Assembly (NCBI GenBank): GCA_048938855.1
Contig: JBHLLT010000004.1
Span: 64,001-128,000 of the forward strand
Length of the DNA: 64,000 nucleotides
Source of the DNA: Promethearchaeota archaeon
Lineage (GTDB): Archaea; Asgardarchaeota; Lokiarchaeia; Sigyniarchaeales; SOKP01
Direction: 5' to 3'
Under the pieces are notes generated by a model. The model worked only from the letters and a program-made list of their open reading frames with translations, had not been told where the DNA came from and did not search any database. Below, piece after piece: positions 54,118 through 62,328 of this stretch. Position numbers and translations under genes: made by a program. How positions within the stretch are numbered: position 1 is the stretch's first letter; every line of letters begins with the position of its first letter.

Positions 54118-54768
54118 ATGAAAATAAGAAGAAACAAAGTCTTCAACCCATTGAAAAAAAGGAATATCCGAATTATCTTCTTTAATCCTTATTCACCTTT
54201 CATTAAATCAGTAGGATATTTAATTATCATATTTTCGTTTCAATTTCCTTGGTATTGTTCACATACTTATTATTTTAACAGACCTACTATTATTTATTAT
54301 CATGTCAGCCAAATTTTAAATGCTCCAAATGTTTATTTTTGCTTCATACTTTTAGGTGTTTTTGGTGGATTTTTATTAAATTGTTTATCTTTAGTTCGTA
54401 AACTAAACTTAGGATACATCCATTTAACATTGTTAGCTTTGTTAGAACTAATCTTAGTTATCCCAATGATGTGTTATCCAATTATCTGTGTAGAATTTTA
54501 TTATGGATATATTTGGTATCTCGAAGATATAAATAGGTATTTTATTCAATGTGGATATTATATTAACGTTTTTGGCAATCTAATATTATTACTAGATGTA
54601 ATAATTAAAAGGGGTCTCATTTCTCATTATTTTAGAAATTGGAAATATAATTCTCTTTTAATAAGAAAATTGGAAAATATTGACAATACAATTCAACATT
54701 TGCATGTTAAAAGAGTATCAGTAAATCCTAAAATACTTAATTCCTGTATGAACTCCACAAATAGCTAA
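54118..54768 (+). CDS. Hypothetical membrane protein (uncertain)
   Basis: Hydrophobic, Tyr/Cys-rich ORF overlapping the next gene's 3' end. Confidence 0.4.
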   Translation: MKIRRNKVFNPLKKRNIRIIFFNPYSPFIKSVGYLIIIFSFQFPWYCSHTYYFNRPTIIYYHVSQILNAPNVYFCFILLGVFGGFLLNCLSLVRKLNLGYIHLTLLALLELILVIPMMCYPIICVEFYYGYIWYLEDINRYFIQCGYYINVFGNLILLLDVIIKRGLISHYFRNWKYNSLLIRKLENIDNTIQHLHVKRVSVNPKILNSCMNSTNS

Positions 54769-54936
54769 TAATATAATAGAGACTATAATAACTCCCGTCA
54801 TCTTATGCTTCTGAAATTGACCCAAAAAGAGAAAACCTAATATTCCCACTATTAAACCAAGCATACCGATTATTGACCCTAATGCCATTAAAAATTCTAT
54901 CGCTTCTACAATACCATCAAAATAATCGAATATCAT
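54718..54936 (-). CDS. Small 2-TM membrane protein
   Basis: Two Gly-rich hydrophobic helices. Confidence 0.7.
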   Translation of the reverse strand: MIFDYFDGIVEAIEFLMALGSIIGMLGLIVGILGFLFLGQFQKHKMTGVIIVSIILLAICGVHTGIKYFRIY

Positions 54937-55042
54937 AGTAATTAATAATATTATCAGATCTTTATAAATAAAAAATTGAACTAACTACTTTTTTTCTTTA
55001 AATATTCGAGAATTACTTATATTCAATCATTATACAAATTCG

Positions 55043-55369
55043 ATGTTTATTATGAGAAAAATAGATGAGATTGGAATCTGTCCAAATTGCGATTGTACGA
55101 TTTCTATTTTCAAAACTCGGAATTACAAGCGATTTGCAAAATGTGAGATATGCGGTATGTCTTATGCATTACCAAAACGAGGCTCTATTAATAATTCTGC
55201 TTTACTTTGTCCAAGGAGTAAGTTTCCAATTTTAATTGTAGATAAAAAAGACCATAAAGCATATTTTTGGACTGACCAGCCTTGTTTTGGTTGTGTTTCA
55301 TTTGACAAGTGTGAACAAATAAAAGATCTAATCTCTGAATTTACTGAACTTAAGGTGTATGGATATTAA
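55043..55369 (+). CDS. Multi-zinc-ribbon protein (topoisomerase I C4 zinc-finger-like)
   Basis: IGICPNC...RFAKC..C..SYALP..G....CP....P. Confidence 0.7.
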   Translation: MFIMRKIDEIGICPNCDCTISIFKTRNYKRFAKCEICGMSYALPKRGSINNSALLCPRSKFPILIVDKKDHKAYFWTDQPCFGCVSFDKCEQIKDLISEFTELKVYGY

Positions 55370-56369
55370 TCGGTTTAAAGTTATCATATTTACCATTTTT
55401 ATAATTCTTTCAAGTATTTCAATGGGCTCAACGAATTTTTTTATCCTTTTTGTTAAAGCAAGTGAAAATGAAGCTCTTCACACAAATTCTATTGGCGATG
55501 TAATAACGGATAAGGTTTATAATTTTACAGTGGAGGAACCAATTTTAGTATTTAACGATGTCATTCTTTTCGAGAAATATTATTATTATGATATTATGGC
55601 TGTGGTGGTGACTCCTCATACCTGCGATTTGAATATAACTTTATTTGATCCAGAAGGCGATCCGTATGAAATTACTTATGAGTCAAATATGGTTCAGGAT
55701 GATTATAGAATTATTCCTTTTGGAACAGCACTCACAGGAAATTACACCATATTATTTGAGGCAATACTTATAGAAAATCTTAATATTCATATAAAAATTG
55801 AACGAGGGTTCAAATGTCTTTATGATGAAATAGCTGGTGATGAACTTCAAAAATTGAAATATTATGACGTGAGAAAGTTCAAAAATGGAACTAAAATTGT
55901 CTTTAACACAACCTTTAAAAGTGATTGGTATTATAAATTTTATTTTGAAAGAGTCTCTCCAATCTCTAAAAAATTGAGCTGTTATGTTGTAATGGAGCAC
56001 GACATTATAAGTTCTATTGGAATACCATATACAATTTATAGAAATGAATCTCTTGAATTTCAAATATCCTCTATATACAGATTTGGTACAGCTGTCGAAG
56101 GACTTTATATTATGAATTTAACGATATATTGTAATGTTCCCTGTGTAAACATCGCTTTTGCAGTTGTAGAAAGTTACAGGATTGCGGATGAGATCGATCC
56201 GAATGATGACGATCCACCCCCAGATATACCAGGAAATAACACTTCGGGAATGGATGTAATTATCCCAACTGCATGGACAGTAGGTATGATAGTGTTTGTA
56301 GGAAGCGCTGTAGCTATACCTATCTTAATCGTTGTCAGTCGAAAAAAGAAAAATCCAATAACGATTTAA
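55359..56369 (+). CDS. Secreted/surface protein with C-terminal membrane anchor
   Basis: Signal-like N-terminus, duplicated beta domain (FGTA..G.Y twice), D/P-rich linker, TM and basic tail. Confidence 0.7.
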   Translation: MDINRFKVIIFTIFIILSSISMGSTNFFILFVKASENEALHTNSIGDVITDKVYNFTVEEPILVFNDVILFEKYYYYDIMAVVVTPHTCDLNITLFDPEGDPYEITYESNMVQDDYRIIPFGTALTGNYTILFEAILIENLNIHIKIERGFKCLYDEIAGDELQKLKYYDVRKFKNGTKIVFNTTFKSDWYYKFYFERVSPISKKLSCYVVMEHDIISSIGIPYTIYRNESLEFQISSIYRFGTAVEGLYIMNLTIYCNVPCVNIAFAVVESYRIADEIDPNDDDPPPDIPGNNTSGMDVIIPTAWTVGMIVFVGSAVAIPILIVVSRKKKNPITI

Positions 56370-56382
56370 TTTTTTTATCTTT

Positions 56383-56850
56383 TTGATTTTAATGCTAAGA
56401 GTATATATTTCCAAAAGTCAAAGAATTATATTTTATTCTTCTATCGCTTTTAATATGGAACAACTCGAAAACATCTTTTTAGAAACAAAAAAAATTTTAG
56501 AAAAGAATTCAGAAACATTTCTTGTAAAGGATCAATATATTGGTTCTCAAGCTAAGCAGAAAAAGGCAGGATATCACTTGTACGGAAGTAAACGGATTAG
56601 TATATTTGGAAAAAAATCTCAACCTACATATATAGCCGGTGTAATTCAACAAAAAAGTTATATAAGCTTTTATTTCTCCCCAATTTATTCACACCCGGAA
56701 TTATTCTCAGATATCAGTCCAAATCTTAGAAAAGTGTTAAAGGGAAAATCCTGCTATAACATTAATAAAACTTCACCTCAACTTCTTATAGAAATTGAGA
56801 GTATATTAGAAAAAGGAATTAATAAATATAAAGAGATTGAATGGATTTAA
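56383..56850 (+). CDS. DUF1801/YdhG-like protein
   Basis: QKSYISFYF.PIY, L.GKSC; likely start MEQL at 56455. Confidence 0.7.
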   Translation: MILMLRVYISKSQRIIFYSSIAFNMEQLENIFLETKKILEKNSETFLVKDQYIGSQAKQKKAGYHLYGSKRISIFGKKSQPTYIAGVIQQKSYISFYFSPIYSHPELFSDISPNLRKVLKGKSCYNINKTSPQLLIEIESILEKGINKYKEIEWI

Positions 56851-56868
56851 CCCTTCAATATGGTTTTT

Positions 56869-57372
56869 TTATCTAACATTCCATTGCATTGCACATTCAC
56901 CAACTCCACCTTTCTGGACACCCTCAAACCGCATATTTCTAAAACCAAACTTGTTTTTTACTTTAGATAAGATCCCCATCATAACTTGAGGAAACATACA
57001 AGCAGGGCTCCCGTAATCATGGTATCTGTAATATGTATTAGCAAAACACATTTTACAGCTGTCTTGATAAGCGAGAACTTTAATAATATTTCCTTCTGTA
57101 TCTTTCTTTACATTAACCTTAGCATTATCGGTTATTGCCCATTCTCGCTCTAAAAATTCCTGTAATCTTTTCAAAAAATCTTCAATAGTCTCAATACCTT
57201 CCTCATTAAATTCTTTTCCAATAGTTCGTCCAATCTTTGTTAAAATTTCGTCTTTTTTATCTGCGGGAAGGGCTTTCTGTAAAGCATACCATAGCTTGAA
57301 AAAAGTACCGTAAGACACCGTATCAAATCGAGTTGGTAAATCATTTACTTCATCTTTTGTTAAAGTTGTCAT
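56869..57372 (-). CDS. V4R-like domain protein
   Basis: IGRTIG, C..C, C....GIL, G..EC. Confidence 0.55.
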   Translation of the reverse strand: MTTLTKDEVNDLPTRFDTVSYGTFFKLWYALQKALPADKKDEILTKIGRTIGKEFNEEGIETIEDFLKRLQEFLEREWAITDNAKVNVKKDTEGNIIKVLAYQDSCKMCFANTYYRYHDYGSPACMFPQVMMGILSKVKNKFGFRNMRFEGVQKGGVGECAMQWNVR

Positions 57373-57568
57373 TATTATTTTACACTAATAATTATTGTTA
57401 TATCTTATTTACACCAAAAGAAGTTCGTATCTTAAGGGTTTTGATTATCTAATATTAAAAATCATAGAATGTAGATTAAATAAAATATGTATAGTTAGCT
57501 AATTATTAATGTTTTAAAATTGAAGAATTAAGATAAATTTCACATTAAAAAGATAAAAAAATAAGAAT

Positions 57569-58798
57569 TTAAGTATTAATTAATACCTTAGCATTATTCT
57601 GCCAGTCTGTGACTGTTTTCACTGAAGCTCCAGATATACTTACTGAAAGTTCTTCAGGATTAGCCTCTAATAAATCTGAAATAGTTATGATTCCTTGATT
57701 TCGTAAATTCTCCACAGTTCCCTTTCCAATACCTTTCACTTGAAGTAATTCAATTTCTTTATTTTCAGAAGAAGTGTCACTATTTTCTGCATCAGTTTCT
57801 TCATATAATGTTTCAATTTCAAAATCCAATCCAGGTGATTCAGGGAGGTCAACCTTATCAGTGTCAGCCACTCCAGCTCCAGTTATATAAAATTCTGCTT
57901 CTTCTGGAGGAAGGTCTGGAGCATCTACTATAACTGCTCTTCGTTTTAGCGAGTTGTTTGAGGAAAAACCTTTTGTTTTAAACATTACTCTGAAATGACA
58001 CCCATGAGCAACAATGTTGCCTCCAATTGCGTCATCTGCTGAAAACAATCCCATCATTTTAGTAGCAACTTGATTAGTAAGTAACACAGCACAATTATAA
58101 GTTTCGGCAATACGAGATAATCCATGAATCATATTATTTAAAACTGCTTGTCTAGGTGCGAGTTTTCCAATTCCTATATATTCTGCCCTTAACAGTGCCA
58201 TTAGACTGTCAATAATAATCAAACGAACCCCACGAGTTTTACAGAGAGCTTCAGCTTTTTGAATCATCTGTTCTTGATGATCAGAAGAATAAATCCGAGC
58301 ATGAAAAATTTTAGAGAGGACATCTTTAGGACTGAGTTCAAATCTTTTTGCGATACGTTTGATTTTTTCTTTTGAAAAAGTATTTTCAGTATCAATATAA
58401 GCAACAGCGCTATTTATTCCTCCCCTTTTTTCAGGAAGTTGAACTGTTACTGAAATTGTATGCGCTAAGGCGGTCTTTCCAGACTTAAATGGGCCATAAA
58501 CTTCAGTGAGTTTTCCAGTTTGGAATCCACCTCCTAAGATACGATTTAATTCAGCTGAACCTGTAGTAAAATATTCAACATTGTCATCAATTTTTGCAGC
58601 TGGAGTAAAGTCAGTCATTCCTAACGCATTTCTCGCATTCCAGATTAACTTTTTTGCTGTCTTCTCTCCTAATCCATCAATATTAGCAACGATAGAATGA
58701 GGACTCATTGCTAATGCTTCAGCAGTACTTATTCCATTCTCTTGTAGTAGCTTTATTTGGCGTGAATTGATTCCCTTTACTTGATCTAAATCTGCCAT
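57569..58798 (-). CDS. radA: RadA-family recombinase paralog with extra C-terminal HhH domain
   Basis: N-terminal HhH; GPFKSGKT, YIDTENTF, IIIDS, TNQV, GGNIVAH; acidic linker then VKGIG HhH. Confidence 0.88.
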   Translation of the reverse strand: MADLDQVKGINSRQIKLLQENGISTAEALAMSPHSIVANIDGLGEKTAKKLIWNARNALGMTDFTPAAKIDDNVEYFTTGSAELNRILGGGFQTGKLTEVYGPFKSGKTALAHTISVTVQLPEKRGGINSAVAYIDTENTFSKEKIKRIAKRFELSPKDVLSKIFHARIYSSDHQEQMIQKAEALCKTRGVRLIIIDSLMALLRAEYIGIGKLAPRQAVLNNMIHGLSRIAETYNCAVLLTNQVATKMMGLFSADDAIGGNIVAHGCHFRVMFKTKGFSSNNSLKRRAVIVDAPDLPPEEAEFYITGAGVADTDKVDLPESPGLDFEIETLYEETDAENSDTSSENKEIELLQVKGIGKGTVENLRNQGIITISDLLEANPEELSVSISGASVKTVTDWQNNAKVLINT

Positions 58799-59014
58799 CC
58801 TTCTGGTATATCAACTCCATTTTTAAAAATTTTGTTGATATACACTTCTATTTAGTATATTTAAAGAAAAAAAGTAAAGAAAAAGAAGGATATACAACAA
58901 AAAGCTATATCAAAGAGAAAAAAATCCCAAATTTAGAAATTTATATTTCTTCTTTTTCTTGTTAAAAAAATAATTATATTAAAGCTATTTAAAGAAAAAA
59001 AAAAGGTAGATTAA

Positions 59015-59224
59015 TTATTCTTTTATTAAAAAATAACCAATTCCTCCTTGGGCTGATGTAACATTAATAACTTTAAATCCGGTTGAATCTATATGTTGTT
59101 CAATATATTGAAGAGCTTCTTGAAAGAAATCCTTCTTTTTGATTTTAATTTCTTTAGTTTCCATCGAACTATGGTGGAGTAATTGCTCAGTCATTCTGGA
59201 GAGAAAAATAATTTCAGTTTTCAT
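59015..59224 (-). CDS. Small hypothetical protein
   Basis: 69-aa ORF with an ATG start. Confidence 0.6.
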   Translation of the reverse strand: MKTEIIFLSRMTEQLLHHSSMETKEIKIKKKDFFQEALQYIEQHIDSTGFKVINVTSAQGGIGYFLIKE

Positions 59225-59317
59225 TCTTATCCCTTTTTTTTACAAAAATTTTACCTAAAATATCATCTAACAAATATTTATATCTATCTCATTCATAGCG
59301 AAGGTTTAAAAAAAAAA

Positions 59318-59381
59318 CTGAATCCCTCACAGGGATAATCATCCAATAACTACCATTTTTTTATTGGAATCATTTTTTCAA
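59318..59381 (-). promoter_or_regulatory. SECIS-like element 1
   Basis: ATGA-TTCCAATAA-AAAAA-TGGTAG-TTATTGGA-TGAT, then an ATCCC/GGGAT hairpin, directly 3' of a TGA-containing ORF. Confidence 0.85.
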
Positions 59382-59383
59382 GT

Positions 59384-59587
59384 TTAAGATAAATCTATTC
59401 TGTGAAAGAGGCTTACGTATAAAACGATCAAAACAATTGCAGTTAATAAAAAGATCACTGAAGCTATAAGATAATTAACATAAAAACCTCACGCCCCCGA
59501 TTCAAGATAACAAGCTATAGATGTTATTACTGATCCTATTATGGCTACAAGAATTATTGCTTTCTTTAAGTTTTCATTCAACAGCAT
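59384..59587 (-). CDS. Putative 2-TM selenoprotein (67 aa, Sec33)
   Basis: MLLNENLKKAIILVAIIGSVITSIACYLESGA-U-GFYVNYLIASVIFLLTAIVLIVLYVSLFHRIDLS; TGA at 59489-59491. Confidence 0.82.
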
Positions 59588-59700
59588 CACTTTTTTCTGT
59601 TTGAGAGTTTGTTTTAATCAAATATTAATTCGATTAAATATAAAAAATTTGACTATGAAATAATCGCAAGTAGAAATATTAAAAAGGAAAAATAAAAGTA

Positions 59701-60099
59701 TTATTCATTTAGAAGAATTTTTAATCCTTGAATAAGTTCTTGAGGAGTTACTCCATATAAAAGTGCCTGATGCATCATTTTAATGTTTATATCAATTAGA
59801 GAATCTAAGTCTTTTCCCGGTTGAAATTTCACCATTAGTTTCTTGATAATTTTATATACTGAGAATTTATTTTGCTTTAATTTCCCAAAATAGCCTCCAT
59901 ATGCCAAGAAGAGGTTTGCCATGAGTTCAAGGTCTTCTTGTGAGTTATTTTTATAACACTCTTCGCATACCACTCCAAAACTAAGTCCTTCCTGATATAT
60001 TGAAGCTCCTCGTTTGATTTCATTTCTACAAATCCCACATTTTATCACATCACGAGATAAATGGGTGGTCGGTTCTATATTAATTGAATTGATTTCCAT
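59701..60099 (-). CDS. Zn-finger hypothetical protein
   Basis: CGIC...CEEC. Confidence 0.7.
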   Translation of the reverse strand: MEINSINIEPTTHLSRDVIKCGICRNEIKRGASIYQEGLSFGVVCEECYKNNSQEDLELMANLFLAYGGYFGKLKQNKFSVYKIIKKLMVKFQPGKDLDSLIDINIKMMHQALLYGVTPQELIQGLKILLNE

Positions 60100-60233
60100 A
60101 ATATTCTTTAATACTAGGTATATTTAAAGAAAAAAGGGTAGAAAATAGTTTGATAAATGTATATAAAACCCGAACTATTTTCACATTTGATGTCTAAATA
60201 TTAAAATAAAATAATGATTTTAGCAAAATATTA

Positions 60234-60299
60234 CCAAAATCCTGGGCGAGGATAATCATCCAATAACTACCATTTTTTTATTGGAATCATTTTTCTTGG
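60234..60299 (-). promoter_or_regulatory. SECIS-like element 2
   Basis: Same ATGA...TGAT core as copy 1, with an ATCCT/AGGAT side hairpin. Confidence 0.85.
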
Positions 60300-60314
60300 A
60301 TTTAAACCTGAATT

Positions 60315-60530
60315 TTACTTATTCGATTTTCTTTTATCTTCTATGTATAACATTCTGATTACACCGAGTAACACACAAGCAATTATGAAACTAGCAAACA
60401 TCACATATGGAGGAAATAATAAATAACTACCTCAAGCTGAAAGCATCGACATCACTAACATGCTAATACCAAAAATTATGAAAATAAAAGAAACAACACC
60501 TAAAATTCCTTTAACTACTGCATTTGACAT
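60315..60530 (-). CDS. Putative 2-TM selenoprotein (71 aa, Sec33)
   Basis: MSNAVVKGILGVVSFIFIIFGISMLVMSMLSA-U-GSYLLFPPYVMFASFIIACVLLGVIRMLYIEDKRKSNK; TGA at 60432-60434. Confidence 0.82.
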
Positions 60531-60593
60531 AAAAATCATTCTATTTTGTTATTCACTTATCCTGAATTTTAAAATCGTTTAGATCTTTAATCT

Positions 60594-60803
60594 TTATTTA
60601 TTTTGTATTAATGGGAGCACAATATATATTACAATTGATACTATTGCAATGCTATCACTAATTATCGCGGGTATTGTGAGATATCTTATATTTCATGATA
60701 AAACAGGGTAATAGTACGGGGAAAGTATATGTAAAACGACACCGATAACACCAAATATACATATAAGACTCAATAGAATTGTCTTGATTTTTTTAGTTTT
60801 CAT
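60594..60803 (-). CDS. Putative 2-TM selenoprotein (69 aa, Sec37)
   Basis: MKTKKIKTILLSLICIFGVIGVVLHILSPYYYPVLS-U-NIRYLTIPAIISDSIAIVSIVIYIVLPLIQNK; TGA at 60693-60695. Confidence 0.75.
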
Positions 60804-60928
60804 CTGAAATCTTTATTTTCTGGCATTTATATTTATTTTTGTATATTATTTTCACTAATCACTATTTTAAGTTTATTATCAAAAGTTCTATAATTTTGTA
60901 TTAGTTGAAAGCTTACTTTGAATATTTC

Positions 60929-60993
60929 CCGAATCCCTCACAAGGATAATCATCCAATGACTATCATTTTTTCATTGGAATCATTTCTTTCGG
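60929..60993 (-). promoter_or_regulatory. SECIS-like element 3
   Basis: ATGA-TTCCAATGA-AAAAA-TGATAG-TCATTGGA-TGAT; compensatory A-U to G-C change relative to copies 1 and 2. Confidence 0.85.
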
Positions 60994-61011
60994 TTTAAAT
61001 TTGAGTAAGAT

Positions 61012-61236
61012 CTAGCCTCTTATATCTTCCACCACTAAAACTATTAATACAACAATATAGACCAATGCTAAAAAGAGGCCTATAATCACTGAATAAACTG
61101 GATTTACTGATATTGTCCATGTTGTCGATGGAGCTCAAACAACAGTCATCATTGAGTCGATTATTGCTCTAAAAATGAAAAATAATGCACACATTATTAG
61201 AACTACTTTGGTTGTCCACTTCAATTCAAATCTCAT
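61012..61236 (-). CDS. Putative 2-TM selenoprotein (74 aa, Sec34)
   Basis: MRFELKWTTKVVLIMCALFFIFRAIIDSMMTVV-U-APSTTWTISVNPVYSVIIGLFLALVYIVVLIVLVVEDIRG; TGA at 61135-61137. Confidence 0.8.
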
Positions 61237-61268
61237 TTTACTCACTCAACATATTAATCACAGAACAT

Positions 61269-61475
61269 TTATGTTCGTTTCGCTTTCCTAATATAAAGTA
61301 TATATGCCACAACCAAGATTCCCGCAATTGAGAAGCTAATAATTGCTGGGATGGGCGTCTCTACTAGCAGATGTCCTCAAGCTAATATGTTATATCCAAT
61401 TATTAATCCAACACCCATAACCAAGAAAACAACTATGAATGTGATTAAAAGCCCTTTAATTACATCCTTTCTCAT
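61269..61475 (-). CDS. Putative 2-TM selenoprotein (68 aa, Sec33)
   Basis: MRKDVIKGLLITFIVVFLVMGVGLIIGYNILA-U-GHLLVETPIPAIISFSIAGILVVAYILYIRKAKRT; TGA at 61377-61379. Confidence 0.8.
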
Positions 61476-61593
61476 TTTAATCATTAAATTTCTATTTAAT
61501 TTATGACGATGAAAAAGAAAAATCATTATATAAAACTTGTTTAATAAAAGTTTGAAAATTTGGATTTGGTAAAAGCTGAAATAATTTTTTTAA

Positions 61594-62328
61594 TCAAATT
61601 AGTACTATTCCATTATGCTTTAGAATAAATTGAAAGTTCCATTTCATATCATTGAATTGTATAAGTAAATCTTTTTTTTCAGTATTAATTACTTTTCTCA
61701 ACTCGATATCAATTGTCTGAATTCTATCATATAGCTTATAGAAGAAAGGTCTAAGCTTTTGGAGAGTTGGATTATAAGTAACTTCATGAATTATGAACAA
61801 GATAATACCATTCCTTTTACAAAATATAATAAAAGGCATAAGAATTGTGTCGTAAAAGCTATCTAATATATATGAAACATGCTGTGGCGTATTAAAATGA
61901 GTTATTTTATAACGTAAATGGTGGGATATATTATCAATAACCAAGTATTTAAGATATGGGGGTAAAATGAAATTTGAGTTTAATATTTTTTCTATAATTG
62001 AAGATTGTTCTTCATATGTGCAGATTGGTCCTTTTTGAGGGATTATATAAATATTATTTACTACATATTCTAATTTTTGGGGATTATTTTCAAAAATTTG
62101 TGATATCCGTTTTACTGGAAACCTTTCGCTTGCTTGAACCCAAATACATGAATCTTTATATGGTTCGTTTTCGGTTAAAAGGTTACCTATTAGCTGAAGT
62201 GCAAATGTAGTCTTACCGGTCCCAGATTCACCAGAGATAGAGAGTATATTATGATGAGAAAATAACTTTTCAATACCATGGAATAGGTTCAATTCTGTCT
62301 GCATGTTAATCTTCTTCAAGCAGTTCAA
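61594..62328 (-). CDS. RadB-like RecA-superfamily ATPase
   Basis: GESGTGKT, W....RFP..RI, LVIDNI; lacks the N-terminal HhH domain. Confidence 0.75.
   Translation of the reverse strand: MNCLKKINMQTELNLFHGIEKLFSHHNILSISGESGTGKTTFALQLIGNLLTENEPYKDSCIWVQASERFPVKRISQIFENNPQKLEYVVNNIYIIPQKGPICTYEEQSSIIEKILNSNFILPPYLKYLVIDNISHHLRYKITHFNTPQHVSYILDSFYDTILMPFIIFCKRNGIILFIIHEVTYNPTLQKLRPFFYKLYDRIQTIDIELRKVINTEKKDLLIQFNDMKWNFQFILKHNGIVLI

Noticed and set aside
59318-60993. Three approximately 45-nt direct repeats as a CRISPR array or transposon ends
   Set aside because: Spacing is 700-900 nt with genes in between, no cas or transposase is present, and each copy sits just after a TGA-containing ORF with structural covariation.
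59384-61475. TGA = Trp genetic code, or five pseudogenes
   Set aside because: TGG is used for Trp in the same cluster, TGA terminates other genes, and five independent nonsense mutations all being TGA at the same structural position is implausible.
61594-61596. TGA stop of the RadB-like gene as possible Sec
   Set aside because: The read-through sequence is low-complexity intergenic DNA with no supporting motif.
2309-62210. Short antisense or overlapping ORFs in the track (e.g. 4851-5126, 13634-14041, 25162-25551, 28078-28407, 28683-28868)
   Set aside because: They are shadows of well-supported genes or AT-rich intergenic noise.
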